Assembly (NCBI GenBank): GCA_040326155.1 | Contig: JBEQLE010000009.1 | Span: 2,889 to 66,888, forward strand | From: Leptospirales bacterium | GTDB taxonomy: Bacteria; Spirochaetota; Leptospiria; Turneriellales; JAOUFE01 | DNA length: 64,000 nt | Direction of reading: 5' to 3' | Shown: piece after piece, positions 39,356-49,761 of the stretch | How positions within the stretch are numbered: position 1 is the first letter of the stretch | How the letters are laid out: each line of letters opens with the position of its first letter | The notes under the pieces: model-generated | Databases searched by the model: none | Seen by the model: only the letters and a program-made list of their open reading frames with translations | What the model was told of the DNA's origin: nothing | Program-made: the position numbers and the translations under genes

Positions 39356-42300
39356 TAAGAACCCTCTCTTTCAGGAACAGCTTTTTCATATTTTACTTTT
39401 TTAATACGGTACGATTTAACTTCGTTTGTGGTACGTTGCAAAAATTCGGTCACAGGAATTCTTTCCTGTGACATGCTATTTTTCAAAGCAGGAATATCTC
39501 CATATATATCGGCGTAAATAAGCCCCTCTTCAATTCTTGCGTCCATTTTATTGACTTTAATTCGATCATTTATTCCATTCACCCAGTTGACTCCCAGATC
39601 TGGTTTAATAATTTTAATTGCTGACTTACCGAAATCGGGCCCCATTTTGTATACGGAAAAGTATCCGATCATATTTTCAAGTGGTTTATCAAGCCTGTTC
39701 CCACTGATATTAATATCCATACTGAGTTTGCCATTTTCGATAGATTTGGCTCTTAAGGGCGGCATAATATTTTTTAAATCGATGTCTTTTACCTGCACTT
39801 TCATCAGATATTCCATTTGTGCCGGGTCGCCGGTACCCACGTTGAAATAACTATCACGAACTATAACTACGCCATTTAGTATATTAATCTGCAATGAGGG
39901 AAGGTAAAATACATTATCTTTATAATACATGGAAGCGCTGAAACCATTATCATCTGCTTTTGGAGAAATTATTTCTGTTGGCTGGTTTGGCATCGAAGAG
40001 ATTTCCATGTCAACCGATTTGATCTTAAAGTTATAATTGATATTTTTTTGATAATCAGGGATAAGGTTTTCTTTTTTGGCGGCTTTGGTATTTAAAACGG
40101 TTTTTAACCTGGTATTGTGTATAAAGGGGAATTCCATAACGATATGGTTTACTCGCGTAAAAGATCCGTTATCATAAGAAAAATCATCGATATTAAAATC
40201 CCCTTTGATAATGTTATCGACCCAGGTAGCTAATAGTTTCACCTCCCCTTGAATAGTCTGGTTTTGAAAAATTCTATCCCGATTCTTTTTACTAAAGAGA
40301 AAATCTATTTTTAAATGCGGAACCCATTCAACATTATTATCTTTCAGGTGTCCGTCAATCTGTAAATTCAGAGCTTTGTTAAAACCCTTCAATTGAATTA
40401 CAGGTATGTCGATTCGACTTCCTTTTTTTTTGATAATTGCGGTAAAATCCAGATCGTTAATATTGAAATCTTCTATTTTACCATTGAGGTGGTGATCGAG
40501 GTCAATATTTTCACCATTCATCTTAACTGTGGTTTTACCCGAAAAAGTAATATTCTTATGTAATTTCTTGGCTGCAGCATCAAGAGATTCTTGTAAAGAA
40601 TATGTTAAAGATGGATAAAGGTCAAAAACATTCACTGAAAAGTTGGTTAAGTTGAAAGTGGTATCAATTTGATCGAAATTCTTCGTAATATTTACGTTAG
40701 AATTTATCCATGCTGTTTTTAAGTTTTCTTTATTTAACAATGTAACACTAAGGACAGAAATATTTAGTTTCACTTTATTATAAGTTGTATCAGGGGAAGT
40801 CATTTTACTTTTCATACGAAAATTCATCCGGTTTGTGCCAGAACGACCATTGTTTATATAATACCGAAAATAGCTTGATTTCAGATTTACCGTTGAATTA
40901 AGGTTTCTTTCATTTGGTCCTTTCACAGTGACATCAAAGTCAAATTTTCCGTTTAAGGATTTTCCTGAGTATTGATACGGGTTAAATCTTTTTATAAAGG
41001 CTTTAACATAGACTTGTTGCTCCGGACGATATTCAATACGAGCCCCAAGAGGAGAGTTATTGAATCTTCCATCCCAGTTGATTTTGGCAAACACAACGGG
41101 AATTCCTTCTAGATCTGTGTTAATGAGCGTTTCATAAGAAAGTTTCAGATGGTTAATTTTGGAGTTCGAATCGCCTGTACGCACAAATACATTATTCAGT
41201 GTTAGATTTCCATCCACCTTTAAATTATTCAACGGTCCTTTAATCTTTAACGGCGCCAGAGAGATGGTTCCTCCAAATTTCATACTGTTGTCTCCGGTAA
41301 AAACGGTATAAAAAGGATGAACTTTATCGAGTACAATGTTCGATTTATCAAGATTCAGATTTAATTTCATAGTATCTGAATTGGTGACATTATCAATGTA
41401 TCCTTCGAAATTCATCCAGGTATCTTTTTTGAAATTGATTTTGAGAAAATCCAGAGTCAATCGGTCCAGTTCGGGTTGATAATCGAGCTCATAATCGATA
41501 AAAAAGTCTAACGGTAGCGAGTGCTTTCCTTTATAGGTTACCGGCAGGTCGGAACTACCAAGTATTAGACGTGAGAAAAAGTCTTTGCTGCCCTCGGTTC
41601 CCGTACTTGAAATTAGCCAGTGAAGGTTTAAAGGCGACTTAGAGATTGTAGATGAATTTTTATAATATACATCGATGGTTTTCTGCGGATCGAGGTTTAC
41701 ATAAAATTTTTCTATAATATTAGCGGAGTCTACAATGTCGGGCAGGGTCATGGGTATTTTCGTAAATCTTTTTGAAATAAAATAGGTATGCAAGGTAAAA
41801 TCATTTACACCTGCCACAAATGCGTCAGACTTATCAGTTTCATTGTTAATTGCGATGGAAAAATCTTCCAGAATAAATTTAACAAAAATTCGTATGGAAA
41901 ATGGCAGATCTATGGAAGTAGACTCTTCTTCTTCAAGTTCCTCGATTTCCTCTTCTTCAACTTCGGCTTCGCCTGGTTTCATTAAAGTTTCATAATTCCA
42001 GACACCATTTTTTGAGGTCAGAAAAACAGCCGGTTTATAAATACCAAATTCATGAATTCCAATATCCCCGACGAAAAACCCGAGAAAAGTGTATTTAAGG
42101 TTAATTTTGTCTACTTTTAGAAGAGCAGTGTGGTTAAAGTCAGGCCCGGATAGAATTTCAATATTTTCAAATGTAAAACCACGAAAAAGGGAAGCTTTCG
42201 TTACATCCAGAGAAATTTTTCCATTGCTGAGTTCCTGAAAGTTGTTCACAATCAGGCTTTTTACAAAAGCTTTTGAAAAGAAAACGTTGTATACAACCAC

Positions 42301-42390
42301 AATTCCTACCAGTGTAATCATTCCTGTTATTTTCAGAATTATTTTGAAACGTGATACTCTGTCTAATTTTTCGTATTCAGCTAAACCCAT
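39355..42390 (-). CDS. AsmA/TamB-like large envelope protein
   Basis: N-terminal TM anchor followed by about 950 aa of beta-rich N/K/D/F sequence. The N-terminal region resembles AsmA-family starts. The assignment is tentative. Confidence 0.5.
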   Translation of the reverse strand: MGLAEYEKLDRVSRFKIILKITGMITLVGIVVVYNVFFSKAFVKSLIVNNFQELSNGKISLDVTKASLFRGFTFENIEILSGPDFNHTALLKVDKINLKYTFLGFFVGDIGIHEFGIYKPAVFLTSKNGVWNYETLMKPGEAEVEEEEIEELEEEESTSIDLPFSIRIFVKFILEDFSIAINNETDKSDAFVAGVNDFTLHTYFISKRFTKIPMTLPDIVDSANIIEKFYVNLDPQKTIDVYYKNSSTISKSPLNLHWLISSTGTEGSKDFFSRLILGSSDLPVTYKGKHSLPLDFFIDYELDYQPELDRLTLDFLKINFKKDTWMNFEGYIDNVTNSDTMKLNLNLDKSNIVLDKVHPFYTVFTGDNSMKFGGTISLAPLKIKGPLNNLKVDGNLTLNNVFVRTGDSNSKINHLKLSYETLINTDLEGIPVVFAKINWDGRFNNSPLGARIEYRPEQQVYVKAFIKRFNPYQYSGKSLNGKFDFDVTVKGPNERNLNSTVNLKSSYFRYYINNGRSGTNRMNFRMKSKMTSPDTTYNKVKLNISVLSVTLLNKENLKTAWINSNVNITKNFDQIDTTFNLTNFSVNVFDLYPSLTYSLQESLDAAAKKLHKNITFSGKTTVKMNGENIDLDHHLNGKIEDFNINDLDFTAIIKKKGSRIDIPVIQLKGFNKALNLQIDGHLKDNNVEWVPHLKIDFLFSKKNRDRIFQNQTIQGEVKLLATWVDNIIKGDFNIDDFSYDNGSFTRVNHIVMEFPFIHNTRLKTVLNTKAAKKENLIPDYQKNINYNFKIKSVDMEISSMPNQPTEIISPKADDNGFSASMYYKDNVFYLPSLQINILNGVVIVRDSYFNVGTGDPAQMEYLMKVQVKDIDLKNIMPPLRAKSIENGKLSMDINISGNRLDKPLENMIGYFSVYKMGPDFGKSAIKIIKPDLGVNWVNGINDRIKVNKMDARIEEGLIYADIYGDIPALKNSMSQERIPVTEFLQRTTNEVKSYRIKKVKYEKAVPEREGS

Positions 42391-42515
42391 ATATAAAGTA
42401 CTCTCCTGTTATCTCTTTTACTGAGTTCTATATGTAAAATACAAAGACAAGAATAAAAGGAACAAGAGTCACAATTAATACTTTTCACCCTGTGTTGCAA
42501 ATTTTCTCTAAGGCA

Positions 42516-44819
42516 ATGGTAAATGAAGATACAATTCTAGAAAACCTGAATGAACCTCAAAAAGAGGCTGTTCGTCAAACGGAAGGGCCTGTTTTAATTC
42601 TGGCTGGGGCGGGTAGCGGAAAAACCAGAACGATCGTGCATCGAATTGCTTATTTAATTCATGTAAAACATGTCTCTCCGCGAAGAATTGTCGCCGTAAC
42701 CTTTACCAATAAGGCCTCTCAAGAGATGAAAACGCGTACCTATGAGGTCGCCGGGTCCGATGCAGAAGAGTGTCTTATTCGAACTTACCACTCTCTGGGT
42801 CTTTTTTTACTGCGAAGACTCGCTCATTATATCGGATATCCATCTGACTTTACCATATGGGACGACATCGATCAAATGGGAACGCTTGGGGCCATCGTTG
42901 AAAAACACGTCGAAGAGAAGTTGTCCAGAAATGAGATCAAGAATATTGTCCAGTCGATAAACTCGTTTAAAGATCAACTGATCTCCCCTTCGGAATTGTC
43001 GGAGAAAGTTGACCTGGAAGAGTACCAAATGGGTGACCAATTGCAAGAGTTGTATCATTTATACGAACAAAAAAAGATCGACTCTAAAGCGGTTGATTTT
43101 GCCGACCTCTTGTATCAAACAGTTAAAATACTTCGAGAAAATCCCGAAGCGCTTGTCGGCTTGCAGGCTCGCTATGATTATTTTTTAGTCGATGAGTATC
43201 AGGATACAAACCATGCACAATACGTATTAATAAAATTATTGTCTTCAGGTAAGAAAAATCTTTGTGTCGTTGGCGACGACGACCAGGCGATTTACACATG
43301 GCGCGGCGCCGATATCAGCAACATCCTGGATTTTGCCAAGGATTACAGCGAAGCAAAAGTGGTTAAATTAGAAGAGAATTATCGTTCGACCCAGCATGTG
43401 CTTGATCTTGCCAACTCTGTTATTAGAAATAATTCGAATCGAATGGACAAGTCTCTCTGGACGCAGAAAAAAGAGGGTAAAAAAGCAAAACTTTTTACTT
43501 TAAATTCAGACCGCGACGAGAGTAACGAAATTGGCAATATGATCGAAGCCCTTCAATCGGAAGTTTCGCTCGAAGACATTGCCGTTTTGTACCGAACGAA
43601 TACCCAGTCACGTTTAATAGAAGAAGCGTTAATCAAAAGAAGAATAAACTACCGCGTTTTCGGTGGTCCGTCGTTTTTTAACCGAAAAGAGATTAAAGAC
43701 CTTCTGAGTTATCTGCGGCTTTTGGTGAATCCTTTTGATGAAGCATCGTTTGTTCGCATTGTTAATACCCCCAATCGTGGAATCGGAGAAAAAACTCTTG
43801 AAAAAATAATGGCTGCGCGCTCTGAAATGATGGACGAACAGCGGGTTGTACCAAATTTTATCTCGTTTTTGAAAAAAGGCCACGAGCTGCCACTTTCAGC
43901 AAAGGTGAAAATTAACACCTCGGCTTTAGGCGACTGGATGGAAGATTTCCTGGAAAAAGTAAAACAAAAAGCCGACCTCGCGCTTTTACTGGAAGATATT
44001 TTAGACAGCAGCGGACTGCGAAAAGTCCTGGAAGACGAAGATAACCTTCTGGGTACCAGTCGAATGGAAAATGTTCGAGAGTTAAAAAACTCCCTGCTTG
44101 AATTCACGAGTCAAAATCCTGATGGAACACTTTCTGACTACCTGCAAGAGATTTCCCTGTTTTCGAGTACAAAAGACTCAGAAGCAGAATCTGGTGCCGT
44201 CAATTTAATGACTATTCATAATGCCAAGGGGCTTGAGTTCGATTCTGTTATTATAGCAGGGTTAGATGAAAATATATTCCCCCACCGCCTGGCCCTGAAA
44301 AGAGACCTGGTAGAAGATGATGAAGAAGGAATGAGAGCAACAGGTGAAGGCGAAGGAAAACAAGAAGAACGCCGACTACTTTATGTTGCCATTACCAGAG
44401 CACGTCGCAGACTACTGATGACCAGAGCACAAAATCGTTATATGGGAGGGTATCCAGAGAGGTTTAAGCCTTCGGTTTTTATCGCTGAAATGGACGCCAA
44501 CCTGTTTGAATCGATCAACAAGGGAAGCAGCGGCCAGAGTTCCGGGTTTTCACGACACAGCTCGCCGGTCACGTCTTCCTACCGAAAAAAACCGGTTCCC
44601 ACTTCCACTTTTAACAACACAATAACCGCGGCCAGCGCCTCATCAAGCGGGTCAGGTACGGTAATAAAATCTGGTATGCGAGTACGTCACCCGAAGTTTG
44701 GAGCTGGAAAAGTATTTAGTATAGAAGGAACAGGCGACGCCCGAAAAATTAATATCTTTTTTGATGATAAAAAATCCAGAAAATTTGTATTGAAATATGC
44801 GAACCTGGAACGTGTTTAA
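42516..44819 (+). CDS. pcrA: UvrD/PcrA-family ATP-dependent DNA helicase
   Basis: LNEPQKEAV, GAGSGKT, VDEYQDTN, YRS.Q and TIHNAKGLEF motifs, with a C-terminal VRHPKFGAGKV Tudor-like tail. I prefer the ATG at 42516 over the GTG at 42492. Confidence 0.9.
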   Translation: MVNEDTILENLNEPQKEAVRQTEGPVLILAGAGSGKTRTIVHRIAYLIHVKHVSPRRIVAVTFTNKASQEMKTRTYEVAGSDAEECLIRTYHSLGLFLLRRLAHYIGYPSDFTIWDDIDQMGTLGAIVEKHVEEKLSRNEIKNIVQSINSFKDQLISPSELSEKVDLEEYQMGDQLQELYHLYEQKKIDSKAVDFADLLYQTVKILRENPEALVGLQARYDYFLVDEYQDTNHAQYVLIKLLSSGKKNLCVVGDDDQAIYTWRGADISNILDFAKDYSEAKVVKLEENYRSTQHVLDLANSVIRNNSNRMDKSLWTQKKEGKKAKLFTLNSDRDESNEIGNMIEALQSEVSLEDIAVLYRTNTQSRLIEEALIKRRINYRVFGGPSFFNRKEIKDLLSYLRLLVNPFDEASFVRIVNTPNRGIGEKTLEKIMAARSEMMDEQRVVPNFISFLKKGHELPLSAKVKINTSALGDWMEDFLEKVKQKADLALLLEDILDSSGLRKVLEDEDNLLGTSRMENVRELKNSLLEFTSQNPDGTLSDYLQEISLFSSTKDSEAESGAVNLMTIHNAKGLEFDSVIIAGLDENIFPHRLALKRDLVEDDEEGMRATGEGEGKQEERRLLYVAITRARRRLLMTRAQNRYMGGYPERFKPSVFIAEMDANLFESINKGSSGQSSGFSRHSSPVTSSYRKKPVPTSTFNNTITAASASSSGSGTVIKSGMRVRHPKFGAGKVFSIEGTGDARKINIFFDDKKSRKFVLKYANLERV

Positions 44820-44821
44820 CA

Positions 44822-45142
44822 CTATTTAGTGTCGATATCGGCGAGGTTGTGCATTTCAACCATTTTAAAAACTTTTGCTATTTTTTTATCTAAATTAATA
44901 AATTTAAACTTTGTTTTCTCATTTAAGCCGGAAAAGTATCGGATTATAGATATAAATTCTGCAATTCCCAGAGAATTAATATATTGCACTTCATCAAAGT
45001 TAAAAACTATTTTTCCGATTTTCCCGCCACTTTCATTATGTCGAGCAAGAACGGTATCAAATATTGGTATTTCACCTTCCAGTTTCTCGGTATGAATACT
45101 GACTTTCATGCTGCTTTGTTCTATTATTATATCTATTTCCAT
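44822..45142 (-). CDS. STAS-domain anti-sigma-factor antagonist
   Basis: 106 aa. The INSLGIAEFISI region is typical of SpoIIAA/RsbV-like proteins. It lies directly downstream of the kinase gene. Confidence 0.7.
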   Translation of the reverse strand: MEIDIIIEQSSMKVSIHTEKLEGEIPIFDTVLARHNESGGKIGKIVFNFDEVQYINSLGIAEFISIIRYFSGLNEKTKFKFINLDKKIAKVFKMVEMHNLADIDTK

Positions 45143-45154
45143 AATTTTCTCCGG

Positions 45155-45580
45155 TTAATTCGATAATGGGAGTTGCAAACGTATATTATTTCCTCTTTCG
45201 TTCCATTCTATTTTACAGAATGTTTGCATAATAAAAATGCCACGCCCACGCAGAGACAGTCTGTCATCTTCGCTCCGCTTTTCCCCAACATTTTTCGAGT
45301 TAAACCCCTGCCCTTCGTCGTAAACTGAAACAATCAGTGAATCATCATTCTTTTTAAAAAATTCCACTTTTACAGTTTTGAGCTTAGACCACTTGTTGCC
45401 ATGCTCCATTGCATTACTTATAGCTTCATCCAGTACAAGGTATAACTCGTATTTATCCAAAGCAACACTCAAACCCTCTTTTTCAATTTCAAATATAGTT
45501 GATTCTATGAGTTTAACTCTTTCCGCATGAACCGAGGTTACTGACTTTTCCCAGATAATTTGCATATGTTCTGCCATCAT
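45155..45580 (-). CDS. Anti-sigma regulatory Ser/Thr kinase (RsbW/SpoIIAB-like, HATPase_c)
   Basis: N-box LDEAISNAMEHGN, G1 box YDEGQGF, then GRGIFIM. Confidence 0.75.
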   Translation of the reverse strand: MMAEHMQIIWEKSVTSVHAERVKLIESTIFEIEKEGLSVALDKYELYLVLDEAISNAMEHGNKWSKLKTVKVEFFKKNDDSLIVSVYDEGQGFNSKNVGEKRSEDDRLSLRGRGIFIMQTFCKIEWNERGNNIRLQLPLSN

Positions 45581-45725
45581 TTTCAGATGGCATTATTCAA
45601 ATTTCTTATTACCCGTCAAGATATATCAAATTATTGCAAAAAATGAACTATAAATGTCTATGATATTGTTTTTGGGTTCGAAAAATGTTTACAAAACAAA
45701 AAACCCTTTTTTCGTGACAGTGATA

Positions 45726-46691
45726 ATGAAAAAGTTTATAATATGCATGACACTGCTTGGTACATTAGGCGGTGGGTTTTTATTTTCCGCTGAATTAATT
45801 AACGATATTATAGCAGTCGTCGGTGATCTTCCTATTACCAGCTATGATTTGGCTGAAGAAAAGAAATTTTTTACAAAACGAGCTGAGTATAAGAAAGATG
45901 GTAGAAATATTGATAGCCGAATACTCGATTTTTTAATCAACCGGACTATAGTTTTTTATAATGCAAAACAAGAAGCAGTTACGATCAGTGATGCGCGTGT
46001 GGAAGACTCCCTTAAACAACAAATGGCCGGCCAGGGTACTAAAACGGAGAAAGCCTTTGAGCGCTTAGTAAAGAAACAATTTGGTTTTACTTTAGCTGAA
46101 TATCGAGAAGAAGTGCGTTTTAATATGCTTTCTCAGTCAATTTTGCAAATGAAAGTTCAAATACCTCCCCCTGAAGATAAAGAAGTGGAACAGTGGTTTA
46201 AAAAGAATAAAAGAAAGCTGGGTAAAAAGTTTAAAATTCGTTTAATTCGTAAAAGATATAAACAAAATGATGTAAAAGACGAATTAAAGATAAACCGACT
46301 GTTAGATTCTGCTCGGCAAGAAGCTCTTAAGGATTTTAGCGCCGCAGCCAGAAAATACTCTGACCATTCAAGTAGAAGCTCAGGTGGCGCTCTTGGTTGG
46401 TTAAATGAGCAAGAAATATATGCTGTAGACATGTATGTTTTGAATATGGTTATGCAATTTATAAAACAAAAAGGTCGAGGGGTTACTCCCGTATTTAAAG
46501 GCAAGGGTTATTATTATATTGTCAAAATAGACGCGTATCGTAGTGTTGAATATGCAGATGTGAAAGAATATGTAAAATCCATGTTATACAATATTAAAAG
46601 GAGTGACGCATTTAAAGATTGGCTGAAACTAGAGAGAAAAAGAATTTCAGTGATCATTTATATGAAACAATATCAAAAGCCTCGTCTTTAA
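45726..46691 (+). CDS. SurA-like peptidyl-prolyl isomerase (parvulin domain)
   Basis: Signal peptide from MKKFIICMTLLG, a SurA_N-like chaperone region, and a PpiC motif region YSDHSSRSSGGALGW. Confidence 0.7.
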   Translation: MKKFIICMTLLGTLGGGFLFSAELINDIIAVVGDLPITSYDLAEEKKFFTKRAEYKKDGRNIDSRILDFLINRTIVFYNAKQEAVTISDARVEDSLKQQMAGQGTKTEKAFERLVKKQFGFTLAEYREEVRFNMLSQSILQMKVQIPPPEDKEVEQWFKKNKRKLGKKFKIRLIRKRYKQNDVKDELKINRLLDSARQEALKDFSAAARKYSDHSSRSSGGALGWLNEQEIYAVDMYVLNMVMQFIKQKGRGVTPVFKGKGYYYIVKIDAYRSVEYADVKEYVKSMLYNIKRSDAFKDWLKLERKRISVIIYMKQYQKPRL

Positions 46692-46719
46692 GTGGCTAAG
46701 ATTAAATGGTACAGATTCA

Positions 46720-48300
46720 ATGGTTAAGTTTCCGAATAATAGCGCCCTTTTAATTCATTTAAACGCTTCCGTCCTGGAATTATGGAGCTCCCTGGAGGGA
46801 TCTTCCGCAGATTCCGATTCTGGAGCAAACTGGAATTCTTTATGTAAAACTTTTTCTGATAAACTTCAAACTCTGGCGTTGCCGGTTTTTTTTTCGGTTG
46901 AAAAAGAGACGGACTCGTCTAACCATATTCTCGCTTTACTTTCAAATACCGATCTGGTCATAAAAAATGTTGAGTATTCCCATGAATTAACAATTTTACA
47001 TAATCTGTTTACAAAAAACAAATTTGAAAATATTGTTTATTTCGATTCCATATATCCTTTGTTAGATTTTCAAGTATTATCAAATATAGTAAGTATGCAT
47101 ACCGAGTATGGAGCCGATTACAGTTTTGGTGAAAACGTCCCCCCTGGAATTGTTCCTCCCATTTTCGGATCATCCATTATAGAAGCGCTGAGAATTCAGG
47201 AAGAAGAAAAAGAGGCATTGTCAAACCTTCCCATTCCCCTTTCTTTGTATGTAGAAAAAAATCTTAATAATTTTCATGTTGAAATACATTATGAACTGCC
47301 TGATTTACGAATGTTGCGATTAAACTTTAATTGTAAGAATGTAAGGTCGGTTGTTCTTACCGGTAGAATAAACAGTGAAATTTCAAACGGTAACAAGGTT
47401 TTTGAACAACTCGAAGGGTTACTTCAAAAAAAACCTGAACTTACGTTTCAGTTTCCATCGTATATTGAGCTCGAAATATTTGGCGGGTGTGAATATAGCT
47501 GTTCTTTTTGTTTTCGCCAACAAAAAAAGCCGACTGGTAATGCTCTGTCTCTGGAAAATATAGATTCACTTCTTACATTTGTACAAACCGGCATGGACGA
47601 TACATCGGTTGGTCTTGGCGGCCAAGGTGAACCTTTGCAACACCAGGAAGCTGTGCAAATTATAGAAAAGTTTTTAGATGAAGAAAAAATTCAAACAGTT
47701 GTAGTGGAAACAAACGGACTTTATCTGGAGAAAATTATCGAACTGTTTCAGCATCCGTCTGTTTCAAAACTTCGTTTTGTAATAAATATTAACAGCATAA
47801 AAAATTATCCGCAAATACACGGAACGGTTGAAGAAAACCGGGAAAAAGTTTTTATGAATCTTGAAAAAATAAAAACAATATTAACGGAACAAAAACCGGA
47901 ACTACTTCCTAATATGTATATTCAGATGTTGAAAATTGTTGACAATGAAACGGAAGTCGATGATATATTTGAGTTATCACAAAACCTGAATTTTTCTTTT
48001 TTATTGCAAAAGTATAACAGTTTTACCGGCATACTCAAAGAAAAAAGAGTTTCAGATATGACCCCGCTTGAAAGGACTTTTTGCTGGCATTTGCAACGAG
48101 ATTTATATATTAACTCCGATGGATTGGTTCAATTTTGCAAGCAAAGCTCCGACGAAAACACCAGAGGTAATATTAACACAGACAATATTTCTGATATATG
48201 GTTAAGTCAGAAAACCGATTGGGTCGATAATTATAACGGGAAGTATGCTAAGAGTCCGGCTTGTGAAAGTTGTGACGAATACTTTACGTATAATTTTTAA
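46720..48300 (+). CDS. Radical SAM/SPASM-like protein with a long N-terminal extension (spiro-SPASM-like)
   Basis: CX3CX2C at 47488-47511 (GGCEYSCSFC) about 255 aa into the protein. Cys-rich C-terminus (CWH...FCKQ...CESCDEY). Confidence 0.7.
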   Translation: MVKFPNNSALLIHLNASVLELWSSLEGSSADSDSGANWNSLCKTFSDKLQTLALPVFFSVEKETDSSNHILALLSNTDLVIKNVEYSHELTILHNLFTKNKFENIVYFDSIYPLLDFQVLSNIVSMHTEYGADYSFGENVPPGIVPPIFGSSIIEALRIQEEEKEALSNLPIPLSLYVEKNLNNFHVEIHYELPDLRMLRLNFNCKNVRSVVLTGRINSEISNGNKVFEQLEGLLQKKPELTFQFPSYIELEIFGGCEYSCSFCFRQQKKPTGNALSLENIDSLLTFVQTGMDDTSVGLGGQGEPLQHQEAVQIIEKFLDEEKIQTVVVETNGLYLEKIIELFQHPSVSKLRFVININSIKNYPQIHGTVEENREKVFMNLEKIKTILTEQKPELLPNMYIQMLKIVDNETEVDDIFELSQNLNFSFLLQKYNSFTGILKEKRVSDMTPLERTFCWHLQRDLYINSDGLVQFCKQSSDENTRGNINTDNISDIWLSQKTDWVDNYNGKYAKSPACESCDEYFTYNF

Positions 48301-49049
48301 TGAGAAAAATTCGTTATATTATTCAAGCCAGAATGGAGTCCAAAAGACTTCCGGGAAAAGTTCTGCGACTGATCGGTGAAAAACCGTTGTTGGAGCATAT
48401 GGTCGATCGTCTTTTTTTGTCCGGAGCAAAAACAGATGAAATTGTGTTTGCTTTAGGTGAAGAAGATGATGACAGCCTTAGAAGTTTCTTACAACGTAAG
48501 GGGCTTTCGTTTTTCAGCGGGGATAAATTTAATGTACTTTCCAGATATCTTTTAGCCGCCAACGACCTGGATGAAAACGATACTGTCGTTCGCATAACGG
48601 GCGATAATCCGTTTCTAGACTATCATATTCTAAGTGCAATGTTAAATGACGAAAAATCAATTGCCGCCGATTTAGCATACCCGGTAAAATTACCGACAGG
48701 TATGGGCTTTGAAGTGATTCGAGTCGGCGCATTAAAGAGCCAAACGGAAAATGAGTTGTCACTTTACCATAAAGAACATGTCACCATCTTTATGCGGGAA
48801 AACCCGAACCTTTATAATATACTTCCTACCGTGCAATATGAAGATGTTCCTGATATTCGACTGACTGTTGATTATGTGGAAGACCTGGAGCAGGCCGAAA
48901 AAACATGGCAATATTTTTCCGGGCTGGGCAATGCAAACTTTTGTACCAGTGACGTTTACCAATTGGCCAGAGAACAGGCGGACTTTTTTAACATCAATAA
49001 AAATTCACTGCAACGTTCGGCTTTAAGTTATGAGAAACCTCCCTCCTGA
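48300..49049 (+). CDS. SpsF/CMP-sugar-synthetase-like cytidylyltransferase
   Basis: IIQARMESKRLPGKVL N-terminal motif and ITGDNPF. The start overlaps the previous stop (TAATG). Confidence 0.7.
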   Translation: MRKIRYIIQARMESKRLPGKVLRLIGEKPLLEHMVDRLFLSGAKTDEIVFALGEEDDDSLRSFLQRKGLSFFSGDKFNVLSRYLLAANDLDENDTVVRITGDNPFLDYHILSAMLNDEKSIAADLAYPVKLPTGMGFEVIRVGALKSQTENELSLYHKEHVTIFMRENPNLYNILPTVQYEDVPDIRLTVDYVEDLEQAEKTWQYFSGLGNANFCTSDVYQLAREQADFFNINKNSLQRSALSYEKPPS

Positions 49050-49761
49050 AGAACGGCTGGTGTATTGTTTTGCTGGTAAGGGGCCTTCTTTCGGCACCGG
49101 GCATATGCGCCGCATGAAAGCTTTAAGCGAGTTGTTGCATTCAGTAGGTATAAAATCGAAATTGGTAACACAGCAGAGTGAAATTGATTCTTGTCCGGCT
49201 GCTATTGTTTTCGACAGGCGAGATGAGTCTTTGTCAGATGAAATTATAAAATTACAATTGTCCTCCATTCCGGTAGTCGCCCTGGATAATCGAGGGCCCG
49301 GTAGAGGCCAGGCCGGGCAGATTTACGATACACTTCCTCACCCCGACATGAACACGGAAGAGATCAATATTTCCATAGGTAGAATTTTGCTGGCCTCATT
49401 CTTTTCTGAAAAACCTACATTGGCTCACAAAGCCAGGTTACATATTATTTCGGAATCAGATATAAAAGCGGGTATATTCGAAGGGGAAAAAACTTTATTA
49501 CACAAACCGGGTATCGAGATCGACCAATTTCAACAAAAACTTTTCGAGTCAGAAAAGGTTATTACCTATTTTGGTCAGACTTTATTTGAGGCCATTTATT
49601 GCGGCAAAGAAATTCATGTATATGGAATGACCGATTATCATCGCCATCTTGCTCAATGGTTTACAACATTTTGGAACAGCAACCAATCAGGTCACTATTT
49701 TGATGGTAAAGGTACCGAAAAATTGATAAGTTTTATCGGTTTTTTAATTAAATCGAATTAA
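49030..49761 (+). CDS. SpsG/PseG-like glycosyltransferase-fold protein (tentative)
   Basis: [21 protein letters not shown] resembles the G..GxGH..R start of PseG/SpsG-type proteins. 20-nt overlap with the upstream gene. Confidence 0.4.
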   Translation: MRNLPPEERLVYCFAGKGPSFGTGHMRRMKALSELLHSVGIKSKLVTQQSEIDSCPAAIVFDRRDESLSDEIIKLQLSSIPVVALDNRGPGRGQAGQIYDTLPHPDMNTEEINISIGRILLASFFSEKPTLAHKARLHIISESDIKAGIFEGEKTLLHKPGIEIDQFQQKLFESEKVITYFGQTLFEAIYCGKEIHVYGMTDYHRHLAQWFTTFWNSNQSGHYFDGKGTEKLISFIGFLIKSN

